64,000 nt of DNA from Negativicutes bacterium (GCA_963665275.2 CAXXIN010000018.1:384001-448000); one strand, 5' to 3'; positions 10,662 through 21,350 are shown, counted from the stretch's first letter. Numbers and translations are program-made. Notes: a model not told the origin generated them from the sequence alone.

Positions 10662-12383
10662 ATGTTCTATCGCATTAACATGGGAGACCTTTCCGTAAAG
10701 TCTGAAGCCGGGGAAGGTTACCAAGGACTGGGCGGCCGTGCTTTGAGTTCTCGAATTGTGGAACTGGAAGTTGATCCATCGGCGCATCCGCTAGGCGAAA
10801 AAAATAAACTCGTATTCGCAACTAGTCTGTTGTCAGGCACCGGTGCGCCGAATGGGGGCAGAATGTCTCTGGGCGCCAAGAGCCCATTGACCGAAGGCAT
10901 CAAGGAAAGCAATGTCGGCGGCGCAATGGGAATGAAACTGGGCCGAATGGGAATCAGGGGTATTGTCGTTGAAGGTCTGCCCAAAACGGCAGGAACCTAT
11001 GTCATCAAAGTGACGTCTGCGGGTGTTGCGCTTGAAGATATGCCTGAGTTGAAAGGTCTTGATATTTACGCGACGGTTGCCAAATTGCAGGATAAGTTTG
11101 GTGATAAAGTTGCAATCGGCTGTATCGGTACAGCCGGCGAAAATAAAATGACAGCGGCCTGTGTTGGGTTTACCGACATGGAGGGAGCTCCGACCCGTCA
11201 GGCTGGCCGCGGCGGATTGGGCGCCGTTATGGGAAGCAAGGGCCTCAAGGCGATCGTAGTCGATGACAGCGGAGTCAATAAGCTTAGTTTAGTCGATGAA
11301 GCTGCTTACCGAGCCGGCGCCAAGAAACTGGCCAATGCATTGATGACTCATCCAGTTACCAGCCAGGGGCTTCCTGCATATGGAACAGCTATACTGGTGA
11401 ATATTTTGAGTGAGGCTGGCGGAATACCGACACGTAATTTCAGTTCCGGTCGGTTTGAAGGGGCTAATGATATCGGCGGAGAAACGATGTCTGCCGTGAT
11501 CAATGAACGGGGCGGCAAAACTGGACACGGATGTTCTCCTGGATGCATGATCCGCTGTTCTCAGATTTACAAAGATAAAGATGGCCATGTGCTCACCGGG
11601 GGATTCGAGTACGAAAGTATCTGGTCGCTCGGTGCGAATTGCGGAATCAATAACTTGGATGATATCGCGCTGATGAATCGACTCTGCGATGATTATGGTG
11701 TGGATACTATCGATACAGGTGTGGCTTTGGGTGTGTTGATGGAAGCTGGGGTGCTGAAGTTTGGCGACAGCAAGGGCGCCATCGCCCTCATTCAGGAAAT
11801 CGGCAAAGCTTCACCGCTCGGACGAATTATCGGCGCTGGGGCCGCGATTACAGGAAAAGTGTACGGAATGCGACGGGTGCCTGTAGTCAAAGGCCAGGCC
11901 ATTCCCGCGTATGACCCGCGCGCAGTCAAAGGACAGGGCGTAACGTATGCCACTACCCCGATGGGAGCCGACCATACTGCCGGCTATGCCGTGACCGCCA
12001 ACATTCTGAGCGTCGGCGGCAAAGTCGATCCGCTGAGCCCAGTCGGTCAGGTTGATCTGTCGCGCAATCTGCAGATCGCAACGGCCTTTGTCGATAGCAC
12101 GGGCCTGTGCCTGTTTGTTGCGTTTGCCATTCTGGACATCCCCGAGGGGTTGGAAGGAATCGTGGAAATGTGCAATGCTCGTTTTGGTTGGAACAAAACC
12201 ACCGACGACTATATCGAAATGGGTAAGCAGGTTTTGCGTGACGAGCGCTCGTTCAACAAAAAAGCCGGCTTCGCTGAAGGATCGGATGATTTACCTGATT
12301 TCTTCCGCACGGAACCTTTGCCGCCACATAATGTGGTATTTGATGTTCCGAAGGAGGACTTGAACACAGTTTTCAATTTCTAG
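10662..12383 (+). CDS. aor: Tungsten aldehyde:ferredoxin oxidoreductase
   Basis: KSPLTEGIKESNVGG, GRGGLGAVMGSKGLKAI, CxxxCxxxC plus distal GLCLF, and YDPR; adjacent to moeA and tupABC. Confidence 0.93.
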   Translation: MFYRINMGDLSVKSEAGEGYQGLGGRALSSRIVELEVDPSAHPLGEKNKLVFATSLLSGTGAPNGGRMSLGAKSPLTEGIKESNVGGAMGMKLGRMGIRGIVVEGLPKTAGTYVIKVTSAGVALEDMPELKGLDIYATVAKLQDKFGDKVAIGCIGTAGENKMTAACVGFTDMEGAPTRQAGRGGLGAVMGSKGLKAIVVDDSGVNKLSLVDEAAYRAGAKKLANALMTHPVTSQGLPAYGTAILVNILSEAGGIPTRNFSSGRFEGANDIGGETMSAVINERGGKTGHGCSPGCMIRCSQIYKDKDGHVLTGGFEYESIWSLGANCGINNLDDIALMNRLCDDYGVDTIDTGVALGVLMEAGVLKFGDSKGAIALIQEIGKASPLGRIIGAGAAITGKVYGMRRVPVVKGQAIPAYDPRAVKGQGVTYATTPMGADHTAGYAVTANILSVGGKVDPLSPVGQVDLSRNLQIATAFVDSTGLCLFVAFAILDIPEGLEGIVEMCNARFGWNKTTDDYIEMGKQVLRDERSFNKKAGFAEGSDDLPDFFRTEPLPPHNVVFDVPKEDLNTVFNF

Positions 12384-12525
12384 GAATCGATAGTTAACCA
12401 ATAGCCTGGCTGGATTGATCCAGCCAGGCGTATTTTCAATGTCGATCCCAATGATGCATCAGCCTGATGTTGCCAGGCTTTTTCTTATTCTTTATTACAA
12501 ACACCTTTGTGAAATGAGGGGTTTC

Positions 12526-13767
12526 ATGGATTTCTTGAACTGCATGGAGTTCGACAAGGCACAGAAACTGATCCGCCAAAGCCTTGAAGGCATTATAATT
12601 GAAGGGGAACTCGTGGAATTGTCTGTTTCTTTAGGGCGCATTACCTCGGAAGAGATCCGCTCAACAGAGGATTTGCCGCCCTTTGCTCGTTCCACGGTAG
12701 ATGGTTATGCTGTGCGAAGTGAAGATACTTTCGGTGCGAGTGAGTCTGCAGCGTCCCTCTTCGTGATAGTCGGTGAAGTGCTAATGGGCAGAAGCACGAA
12801 TCTGGAACTTTGTTCCGGTGAGGCGGCAATTATTCCAACAGGCGGCATGTTGCCGACTGGCGCAGATGCGGTTGCGATGTTGGAATATACAGAACAACCG
12901 GATCGGCGAACTCTTTTGGTACAAAAAATGGTCGCTCCCTATGAGAATATCGTAACCCGGGGAGAGGATGTTGCGGCAGGCGCGGTGATAGTTGGAGCGG
13001 GAGTAAGGCTTACACCACAGCATATCGGGCTGTTAGCCGCCTGCGGTTGTCATCATTTGATGGTGCGAAAAAAAATAAAAGTTGCATTACTCTCAAGCGG
13101 CGATGAACTGATCGACATTCATGAAACACCATCCATTGGTCAAATAAGGGATGTTAATTCCTATTCGTTGTCTGCGCTGTTAATGGAGTTGGGGTGTGAG
13201 GTTGATCGTATCGGCATCATTAAAGACTGTTATGATCATTTCTTGTCAAGCCTGAAACAAGCTGTTGAACGATGCCAAATGGTGGTGATTTCCGGCGGAA
13301 GCTCCGTGGGAGTCAAAGATTTCACGGTTCCGGCAATTCAGGCGCTGAGCGCGCCGGGAATATTAATTCATGGATTGGCCATCAAGCCAGGAAAACCGAC
13401 CATTTTCGGTATGGCTGGCGATGTTCCGGTCTTCGGTTTGCCGGGGCATCCTGTGGCGGCACTGACTGTATGTGGTCAGGTGGTTGCCGCCGCAGTTCGT
13501 CAAATGACAGGCTGGCAGCCAATGAGTGCTGCGAGGGGCGTTCCAGCTGTGTTAACCCGGAATATCGCATCGGCGCCGGGGCGTGACGACTTCATTAATG
13601 TAAGGCTGAATAAAACCGATGATGGATATACAGCTGAACCAGTCTTCGGGAAGTCTGGCCTAATCAGCATCATGACGCAAGCCGACGGAGTAGTGCATAT
13701 CCCGTTGGAAAAAAGCGGCCTATACGAGGGTGAGCGGGTTATCGTCAATCTTAGGACAGAAAGGTGA
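12526..13767 (+). CDS. moeA: Molybdopterin molybdo/tungstotransferase MoeA
   Basis: RSTVDGYAV, SSGDEL, SGGSSVG and KPGKPT..GLPGHP. Confidence 0.93.
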   Translation: MDFLNCMEFDKAQKLIRQSLEGIIIEGELVELSVSLGRITSEEIRSTEDLPPFARSTVDGYAVRSEDTFGASESAASLFVIVGEVLMGRSTNLELCSGEAAIIPTGGMLPTGADAVAMLEYTEQPDRRTLLVQKMVAPYENIVTRGEDVAAGAVIVGAGVRLTPQHIGLLAACGCHHLMVRKKIKVALLSSGDELIDIHETPSIGQIRDVNSYSLSALLMELGCEVDRIGIIKDCYDHFLSSLKQAVERCQMVVISGGSSVGVKDFTVPAIQALSAPGILIHGLAIKPGKPTIFGMAGDVPVFGLPGHPVAALTVCGQVVAAAVRQMTGWQPMSAARGVPAVLTRNIASAPGRDDFINVRLNKTDDGYTAEPVFGKSGLISIMTQADGVVHIPLEKSGLYEGERVIVNLRTER

Positions 13768-13777
13768 GTGGAGGGTT

Positions 13778-15739
13778 TTGCGGAGTAATAAGGCCTATCT
13801 GAATTGTCAGACCCGTCAGCAGGCACAGGAGTTATGGCGGCAAAAGTTGCTCGATATTGGCTTCTTTTCCCACCTACCGGTCGAAACAATTGGCGTTGAC
13901 GACTCTTTAGGGCGGGTCACGGCTTATTCTGTGTATGCCAGACAGTCTGCACCTCATTATAATAGTGCTGCGATGGATGGGATTGCCGTTAGGGCTTCGG
14001 ACACCTTCGGTGCACAGGAAACAGCGCCGCGGCAACTCAGGATTCTGTCACATAATATCCCTTTTGTCGCTGGATCCTGTTATGTAGTCGATACTGGAGA
14101 TTTGATGCCGGTTGGAACCAATGCTGTCATCATGATTGAAGACGTTCATTCCGCTTCTTCTGTGGCGGAAATCAACGCCGCTGCATCCCCCTGGCAACAC
14201 GTCCGAATTATCGGAGAAGATATTGTGGCCAATGAATTGGTCATACCAGAGCATCAAGCTATTTCTCCAGTCGGCATTGCCGCGTTGATGGCGGCAGGGC
14301 TTGAAACAGTCCAGGTGCTGATTCGACCACGAGTGGCAGTGATTCCTACCGGCGATGAAATCGTGGGCACTTATCGCGAATTAAAACCAGGAATGATTCT
14401 GGATGTTAATTCCCACATGCTTGCGGCCGCAGTACGTGAATGGGGGGGATTACCGTATCGCCACCCGATTGTCAGGGATGATCCGGCAGCTTTGAAGCAG
14501 GTTGTAAGTGAAGAATTGGCCAATAGTGATATCGTTTTGGTCAATGCAGGCACTTCGGCCGGAACGGAAGATTTCACTTCGGATATACTCGGCCAACTCG
14601 GAGAAGTGCTGGTTCACGGAGTATCGATAAAACCAGGTAAACCCGTAATATTAGCGATTTGTGAGGGTAAGCCCGTGATCGGCTTACCGGGGTACCCTGT
14701 TTCTGCAATGTTGACGGCAGAGTTGTTCGTCAGGGATATATTATTGGAACGACAAAAATTGCCTCAGGTCGAACACCGGCAAATTGATGCAACGCTAGTC
14801 CGGCAAGTTCCTTCTACTGTTGGTGTTGAAGAGTATGTGCGGGTCTCAGTGGGCAACGTGCAGGGGAGAATGGTCGCTGCTCCGCTGAATCGTGGCGCAG
14901 GTCTCATTTCCTCTCTGACTAGGGCACAGGGGATTATCAGTATCAATGCTGGAAGTTCAGGACTAAGCGCGGGATCCTTGTCTAGCGTGCGGTTGCTGCG
15001 CGGATCTCGTCCAAATAATAATATTTTAGCCGTAGGTAGTCATGATCTGGCTTTGGAATTGTTGGGAATTCATCTCAGGCGGCGGCGCGGAGATGTATCA
15101 CTATCCTGCGCCAATGTTGGCAGCATGGGCGGAATTCTGGCGATTCGCAACAATGAGGCGCACCTTGCAGGCATTCATTTGCTGGATGAAACAACGGGTG
15201 CATACAATGTGGCTCAAGTAGAAAAATTTTTGCCCCACGTAGCCTGGCGCCTGGTTCATCTGGCCATGCGGCAGCAAGGGCTCATGGTGGCGCCCGGCAA
15301 CCCGAAAGGAATCTCACAACTGAGTTGCCTGGCGCGCCCCGACATCACATTCATCAATCGCCAACGGGGCTCTGGTACCCGGATGTTGTTAGATTATGAA
15401 CTGTCCAAGCTGGGCATTAACAGTCAACAGATCAATGGTTATGAAAAGGAAGTTGGTACCCACATGACGGTTGCCGCTTCGGTTGCTTCAGGCACAATTG
15501 ACGTCGGATTGGGAGTTCAGGCAGCTGCGAAAGCGTTAGGGCTGAATTTTTTGCCTGTGGCATCTGAACAATACGATCTGTTGATGAATTTCGCGCCACA
15601 TGACGAACGGATGGCGCTGATCATCGGTATTTTGCAATCTCCTGAATTTAGGTCTGATGTTGAAGCCTTGGGAGGCTATGATCTGGGCAATGCAGGAAGA
15701 TTGATCGCAGTTGGCAGTGGCGGAGCCGGTTTGATGTGA
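13778..15739 (+). CDS. MoeA fused to a C-terminal PBP-like oxyanion-binding domain
   Basis: AMDGIAV, PTGDE and KPGKP, then GSHDLAL, VGSMGG and NRQRGSGTR; start estimated at TTG 13778. Confidence 0.9.
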   Translation: MRSNKAYLNCQTRQQAQELWRQKLLDIGFFSHLPVETIGVDDSLGRVTAYSVYARQSAPHYNSAAMDGIAVRASDTFGAQETAPRQLRILSHNIPFVAGSCYVVDTGDLMPVGTNAVIMIEDVHSASSVAEINAAASPWQHVRIIGEDIVANELVIPEHQAISPVGIAALMAAGLETVQVLIRPRVAVIPTGDEIVGTYRELKPGMILDVNSHMLAAAVREWGGLPYRHPIVRDDPAALKQVVSEELANSDIVLVNAGTSAGTEDFTSDILGQLGEVLVHGVSIKPGKPVILAICEGKPVIGLPGYPVSAMLTAELFVRDILLERQKLPQVEHRQIDATLVRQVPSTVGVEEYVRVSVGNVQGRMVAAPLNRGAGLISSLTRAQGIISINAGSSGLSAGSLSSVRLLRGSRPNNNILAVGSHDLALELLGIHLRRRRGDVSLSCANVGSMGGILAIRNNEAHLAGIHLLDETTGAYNVAQVEKFLPHVAWRLVHLAMRQQGLMVAPGNPKGISQLSCLARPDITFINRQRGSGTRMLLDYELSKLGINSQQINGYEKEVGTHMTVAASVASGTIDVGLGVQAAAKALGLNFLPVASEQYDLLMNFAPHDERMALIIGILQSPEFRSDVEALGGYDLGNAGRLIAVGSGGAGLM

Positions 15740-15759
15740 CAATAGAGGGGGTGCGTTGT

Positions 15760-16044
15760 GTGCCAGGATATATTGAAGTCCGTTTCTTCATGTTTCTGAC
15801 AAAATTATGTCAAGAAAGAAATTGGCCCAGTCCGATGCAGGTTGAGTTGGCGGATGAGATTTCTGGGATAGCTCTATTGGAAAAATTAGACGTTCCTGCC
15901 GAAAAAGTAGAGGTATTGTTGGTTAACGGAAAGGCGTTCAGACCGGAGGAGGCTACAATTCATCCAGGGGATCGCGTGGCGCTTCTGCCGCCAGGAACAC
16001 CGGGCCCTTATCGGGTAATGTTGGGTTTTAAAAAAATGTCCTGA
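15760..16044 (+). CDS. MoaD/ThiS-like ubiquitin-fold protein lacking the C-terminal GG
   Basis: VEVLLVNG..IHPGDRVALLPP beta-grasp pattern, ending PGTPGPYRVMLGFKKMS; start 15736 or 15760. Confidence 0.75.
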   Translation: MPGYIEVRFFMFLTKLCQERNWPSPMQVELADEISGIALLEKLDVPAEKVEVLLVNGKAFRPEEATIHPGDRVALLPPGTPGPYRVMLGFKKMS

Positions 16045-16063
16045 TGATATGGAGGGTTCTGAA

Positions 16064-16303
16064 ATGCAGACGGAGGTTCATCTTTTCGCCACATTACGGC
16101 AACATTCGCCAAACAATGCACCTACCGGTGTGTTTTTAGTGACTTTGCCTGAAGGCAGCACAGTGGAAACTTTGCTGGAGAAGATCGGAATCAGTCCTGA
16201 AAAAGTGCACATGCGTATGGTGAACGGTGTAGGGGTAACAGAGGACTACAGCCTAAAAGATAATGACCGGGTTGGACTTTTTCCACCGATAGGCGGCGGC
16301 TAA
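16064..16303 (+). CDS. moaD: MoaD/ThiS sulfur carrier
   Basis: VHLFATLR..MVNG..DRVGLFPPIGGG with C-terminal GG. Confidence 0.9.
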   Translation: MQTEVHLFATLRQHSPNNAPTGVFLVTLPEGSTVETLLEKIGISPEKVHMRMVNGVGVTEDYSLKDNDRVGLFPPIGGG

Positions 16304-17035
16304 ATGGCCCGTTCGGAGTCTTTATCAGAATTGATGTCAGGTCAAATGCCCGAACGCTACTTGCGCAATTTGGGCACGATTGGGATTGCCGGGCAGCTAC
16401 TTCTGCTCCAGGCAACGGTTGCGGTTATCGGTGCTGGCGGCTTGGGTGGTCATGTCATTGAATTGCTGTCTAGGCAAGGGGTCGGCCATTTGGTAGTTAT
16501 CGACGGCGATTCCTTTACCCGGCACAATCTGAACCGGCAGATTCTCGCAACGGAGCGTACATTGGGCATGAATAAGGCTATAGTTGCGGCGGCCCGCGTG
16601 GCTGATATCAATCCGGACGTGCAGGTGAAGGCCTGTTCGGTGATGTTGGACGCAGCCAATGCCCTGGATTTGTTGTCGGGAATGAATGTTGTTGTTGATG
16701 CACTCGATTCGATCGGCAACCGCCGTATGTTGTTTCGAATCGCGCAGGAATTGCGAATTCCTCTTGTTCATGCGGCTATTGCGGGGTTTACCGGCCAGGT
16801 TTCCACAGTTATGCCAGAAGATCAGGGCGTCGCGGCTTTATTTGCAAAAGCGGCGCCATCGGATCGAGGCGTCGAAGTATTACTGGGAAATCCCGCAACC
16901 ACACCGGCTGTAGCCGCCGCACTGCAGTCCCAGGAAGTGATTAAACTCATCACAGGGGTGGGGCAGCCTTTGAACAGGCAACTGCTCTATTTTGATCTGG
17001 AGTACAATTTGTTCGAAAAAATTCAATTGGAATGA
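16304..17035 (+). CDS. moeB: MoeB/ThiF family adenylyltransferase
   Basis: GAGGLG, IDGDSF, NLNRQ and VVDALD. Confidence 0.88.
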   Translation: MARSESLSELMSGQMPERYLRNLGTIGIAGQLLLLQATVAVIGAGGLGGHVIELLSRQGVGHLVVIDGDSFTRHNLNRQILATERTLGMNKAIVAAARVADINPDVQVKACSVMLDAANALDLLSGMNVVVDALDSIGNRRMLFRIAQELRIPLVHAAIAGFTGQVSTVMPEDQGVAALFAKAAPSDRGVEVLLGNPATTPAVAAALQSQEVIKLITGVGQPLNRQLLYFDLEYNLFEKIQLE

Positions 17036-17049
17036 GGGTAAAGACAATT

Positions 17050-17928
17050 ATGCGTAAAATTTTACTTGGTTCTCTATTTGTGTTGATTTTGGGACTTTAT
17101 ACGGGGTGCGGTACATCCCAGACATCGAATCCTGCCCCTGCGCCAGTGACAAAAACACCTGGCAATGTAAATATCATCCTGGCGACTACTACCAGCACCC
17201 AGGATAGTGGGTTATTGGATGTGCTGATACCTGCTTTTGAAAAGAAAACCGGTTACAAGGTCAAGACGATTGCCGTCGGTACTGGCCAGGCTCTGGCGCT
17301 GGGAGAAAAAGGCGAAGCAGATGTACTGCTGGTCCATGCGCCCCAGGCAGAAAAAAAAGTGGTGGAAGCGGGAGCGGCTATCCATCGTCGTTTGGTTATG
17401 CACAACGACTTCATTCTAGTTGGACCGGAGTCTGATATTGCCAAAATTAAAGGAAAGTCTACGATTGACGCATTGAAGTCGATTGCTGCCACTTCGTCAG
17501 TATTCGTTTCACGCGGCGATGATTCGGGAACGCATAAGATGGAGATCAGTCTTTGGAAAACGGCTGCGCTCAAGCCGACCGCGCCCTGGTATCAGGAAGC
17601 GGGGGCAGGCATGGGGCAAACGCTGAAAATTGCCGACGAAAAAGCCGGATATACATTAGCGGATCGCGCAACCTATCTCGCTCAAAAGAAAAATATCAAG
17701 CTGGAAATTTTGGTGGAAGGCGATGCTAAATTGCTAAATATCTATCATGTGATGGAAGTAAATCCAGAAAAATTTGCAAAGGCAAACCAGCAAGGCGCCA
17801 AAGCGTTTAGTGAGTTTATCCTATCTGCCGAAGGGCAGGCGATCATCGCTTCCTTTGGCAAAGACAAGTACTCTCAGCCGTTGTTTTTTGCTGATGGTGG
17901 CAAATCAGAGAAGGATTTTGGACTTTAA
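17050..17928 (+). CDS. tupA: Tungstate ABC transporter binding lipoprotein
   Basis: ATTTSTQDSGLL TupA signature, SRGDDSGTH, lipobox-like YTGC. Confidence 0.93.
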   Translation: MRKILLGSLFVLILGLYTGCGTSQTSNPAPAPVTKTPGNVNIILATTTSTQDSGLLDVLIPAFEKKTGYKVKTIAVGTGQALALGEKGEADVLLVHAPQAEKKVVEAGAAIHRRLVMHNDFILVGPESDIAKIKGKSTIDALKSIAATSSVFVSRGDDSGTHKMEISLWKTAALKPTAPWYQEAGAGMGQTLKIADEKAGYTLADRATYLAQKKNIKLEILVEGDAKLLNIYHVMEVNPEKFAKANQQGAKAFSEFILSAEGQAIIASFGKDKYSQPLFFADGGKSEKDFGL

Positions 17929-17939
17929 GAGGCGGCGTT

Positions 17940-18638
17940 ATGATTTCAGAGGGTATCACGCAGGCATTTCAATTAATGGTTACCTACGATCCGGAAATCG
18001 TATCAGTTATGCTGCTGACATTGCAGGTTTCGGGCACAGCCACAGTATGCAGCGTTTTGCTGGGTGTTCCGTTGGGGGTCTGGCTTGCACTGAAGGAATT
18101 TAGCGGCAAACAGGTATTCAGCGGCCTGTTGAATTTTGGCATGGGCTTGCCGCCAGTCGTCGTTGGTTTATTTGTCAGTCTGTGTCTCTGGAGATATGGA
18201 CCTTTGGGCGACTGGGAGCTGATGTACACACCTGCGGCCATGATTATCGCACAAACTATCATTGCTGGTCCGATCGTTGCGGGCCTGAGTTTTGCCGCGA
18301 TCCTGAGTGTTAATCCCAAATTGCGCTTGCAATTGATATCATTGGGGGCCACACACTGGCAAGTCAGCCGGTTACTGATCAGGGAAGCTCGACTGGGACT
18401 GATGGCGGCTGTTATTGCCGGTTTTGGCCGCGTGATTTCAGAAGTGGGCGCGTCGATGATGGTGGGCGGCAACCTTAAAGGACAGACCCGCGTTTTGACG
18501 ACGGCTACCGTTATGGAAGTTGGCAAAGGAAATTATGATACCGCCATCGCAACCAGCGTTATTTTGCTTCTGGGATCGTTTGCTGTCGTAATGTTGCTGA
18601 CCTGGTTGCAACACAGTGGAAAGAGTGAACGGGTATGA
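17940..18638 (+). CDS. tupB: Tungstate ABC transporter permease
   Basis: MGLPPVVVGL and GFGRVISEVGASMMVGGN. Confidence 0.92.
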   Translation: MISEGITQAFQLMVTYDPEIVSVMLLTLQVSGTATVCSVLLGVPLGVWLALKEFSGKQVFSGLLNFGMGLPPVVVGLFVSLCLWRYGPLGDWELMYTPAAMIIAQTIIAGPIVAGLSFAAILSVNPKLRLQLISLGATHWQVSRLLIREARLGLMAAVIAGFGRVISEVGASMMVGGNLKGQTRVLTTATVMEVGKGNYDTAIATSVILLLGSFAVVMLLTWLQHSGKSERV

Positions 18639-19709
18639 CAGAAATTTTGTCGTTGCAAGATGTGTCTGTCTACCGGGGCGGCAGGCAGCGGATATTGAAT
18701 ATACAATCCTTGTCAGTTCGCCGGGGTGAATTGGTTGCGTTAGTCGGTCCCAATGGAGCTGGGAAAAGCACTCTATTGCAAACAGTCAATTTGTTGCAGC
18801 CATATCAGGGAAAGTTGCGTTTGTTTGGCGATGAGGCAGGAGCGTCGAACCAATATCAATTGCGCCGGCGTTCCTCCATGGTGTTTCAGGAGACCTTGCT
18901 GCTCACTGGCAGCGTCTTCGACAATGTTGCCTGGCCGCTGAGTTTTCGCGGCATATCTTCCCGTGAAATCGAGGCTAGAGTTTACAAAGCCTTGGCCGAT
19001 TTTGGCTGCGACCATCTCGCGCAACGGCCAGCCGAAACGCTTGTCAGGCGGTGAATCACAGCGCGTCTGCATTGCCAGAGCCTTAGTGACGGAGCCGGAA
19101 TTGTTATTGTTGGACGAGCCCTTTGCCTCCCTGGACGTAGCCGTGCGAAGCTCCATGATGGAAGAAATTCGCACGGTAGCCCAAAAGAAGGGAATCACGG
19201 TATTGATGGTCAGTCATAATTTTTCGGATGTGTTGTATTTTGCGGAACGGGCTGTAGCAATCTTCGAAGGTCAGATTTTGCAGGATGACCAGCCTGAAAT
19301 TCTCATGCGGCGTCCCGTGGATGAGAAAGTGGCCCGGCTTGTGGGCATGGATAATATATTGCCTTGCAATTTAGAGCAGGACGGGGAAAAGAGGTTTGTA
19401 ACATTGACCGAGGGAATTCGCTTCGCCTATCGCGGTCCAATTGCAGCCACTACTTCCGGTTTTTGCTGTCTGCCTGGTGATGCTCTGACTCTTTGCGAGG
19501 GACAGGAAAAAGACCCGGCTGATGACCGGGTCGTGCTGGAATGTTTGATTGATCGAGTGCTGCCGGGAATTGGAACGAATCGCGTGCTAGTCAGGCTGGG
19601 GAATATGATCCTAAGTGTCCGATTGCCCCGGGATTGTGCGCCCAGCCAATTGCAGAGCGGCATTCGGATCTGGCTGCAGTTTGATCCGCAAGAAGCTCAT
19701 GTGGTATAG
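18635..19709 (+). CDS. tupC: Tungstate ABC transporter ATPase (frameshift near 19030)
   Basis: Walker A GPNGAGKST in ORF 18635; LSGGESQR and LLLLDEPF in ORF 18963; TOBE-like tail. Confidence 0.87.
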
Positions 19710-19744
19710 CTTTGTGGAGTTTGGGCTGACTCTGCCGCGATCAG

Positions 19745-20701
19745 TTAGTTAGTGAGCGTCCGAGCCAATTCCGTGAGTTCCTGAATCGTCTGGCGTCCTT
19801 CGAGAGTTACTTCTTGACCAGCAACTACCACGACAACCCTGTTAAAGATTGGAACAGCTTCCATTTTTCCTTTATCGACTTCCCGCAGGACGGATTGTCC
19901 TGACTGAGGCGCTTTACTGTTATTTGCCTGGAATCTGGAACGCTGGGTAAGGATCAGCTCGCGCGGTGTGCCTGTGTCAAAGCTTTGGCGGATGATTCCT
20001 GCGGCAGAATCATTGACGACGGAATCCGGCGTGCGACCAGGCAGACGCAAGGCAACTGTGGCAGGCGGAGATGGCGGCGGCAGAAGTGCTTTCGTCGATG
20101 CGGCTGAAGCCTTGCGGGATTGTTCTGCTGTCTGAGGGGGAGCCTCGAAGGGAAGAGCCTTAGGACTGGATGCCGGTTGAACAACTGCAGGGACCGAGGA
20201 TGAGACGGGGGGACGGTATTACTGCCGGAGATGAAGCCAGGGGTTCTTGTGGGCCGGCGAAGTTGGCGATGAAGAAGCTGGCATTGAAGCTGGCTGCATT
20301 GAGGATTCCGGCGATGACGAAGCACCGAGCGAGCGGGCTTCGGATGGTAAAGGGCCGGACACGCTTGGAGATGGTACGGTAACCATGGGCCACGACTTCC
20401 TGTATGGACGGAAATCCGTGGATGCCGGCAAATATAAGCAAGGCAGCAGCGGCTCCCAATAAGCTTGAGTATCTCAAAATCCTCAGATTGGGAGCTGGGT
20501 CAACTGTTTTTAATCCCTCGGCTGCCCGCCTGTACCTGCAGCTGACAGGATATGCTCTGGCGGTTGGACCGGTAGGTCAGCCTGGCGAAGAAGCACGGCA
20601 ATTTCAAGCAGTTCAGATATTTCTTGATCTGCAAGGTTAGGCGTCAGCCCGCAATTTATTTTATCCAGTTCTTCGTTGAGTTCATCTATTTTACTGGTCA
20701 T
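19745..20701 (-). CDS. Putative membrane-anchored anti-sigma factor, broken by several frameshifts
   Basis: ATGA-coupled to the sigma gene. Pieces across frames: helical N-terminus (ISELLEIAVLLRQADLP), TM helix (SLLGAAAALLIFAGI), Pro/Ser linker, C-terminal domain ending QELTELARTLTN. Confidence 0.6.
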
Positions 20702-21260
20702 TTTTGCTCCAGAGCTCCTCTGTCCTGCAGTTTTTCACGCAGACTTTTTAGGGCGCGCTGCTGCAGCATCTTGATGGCGGCTTCGCTTTTTTCCATGGCG
20801 GTGGCAGCCTCTTTGACCGCGTAAGCCGGCCAGGATCCGAAGCTCGATTACCCGGCGCTGTTCGTCCCGGCAATTCAGTCAGAAGAGTGACAAGGGTGTC
20901 ACGCGTTTCCCGGTTGACTATCGTTTCCGCGGGATTTTCTCCGCCCGTAAAGTCATTCAAATGGTCGCTGATGTCGTTCATGATGGGGGAGCGGCCTTTT
21001 TTTCGCCACAAATCAGTAATCAGGTTCGTCGCAATCCGGCCGATCCAGGTGGAAAAAAGAGCATCGGTTTTCTGATAGGTGCCTAGAGTGCGAAACGCTC
21101 TGTAAAATGTCTCCTGGGCTATGTCCTGCGCTTCCTCAGGATTGCCGGTTTTAAATGAAATGAAACGATATAAAGGTTGCCAGCATTCAGCAACGATCTC
21201 GTTCAATGCATTCTTGTCTCCGGTCTTTGCTTTTTCGATCAATTCCCATTCAGCTGACAT
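20698..21260 (-). CDS. ECF RNA polymerase sigma factor (frameshifts in region 4)
   Basis: LIEKAKTGDKNAL, EAQDIAQETFYRAF, FSTWIGRIATN and DLWRKK; region 4 continues in another frame as VKEAATAMEKSEAAIKMLQQRALKSLR. Confidence 0.9.
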
Positions 21261-21350
21261 CCGTTCACCACCCTGACAAACCATTTCCAATACAGTTTAT
21301 TGTATGGTGAGAGATGTGTCGCCGTCAACTTTCAAACCTATACTTCTATT

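Noticed and set aside
12402-12485. Possible Moco/Wco riboswitch before moeA
   Set aside because: Only simple hairpins (GCCTGGCTGGAT..ATCCAGCCAGGC) and a T-run; no recognisable Moco RNA consensus. More likely a terminator or stabiliser.
18635-19709. Selenocysteine read-through at the tupC TGA and other split genes
   Set aside because: The continuations are in different frames, so these are indels rather than in-frame UGA recoding.
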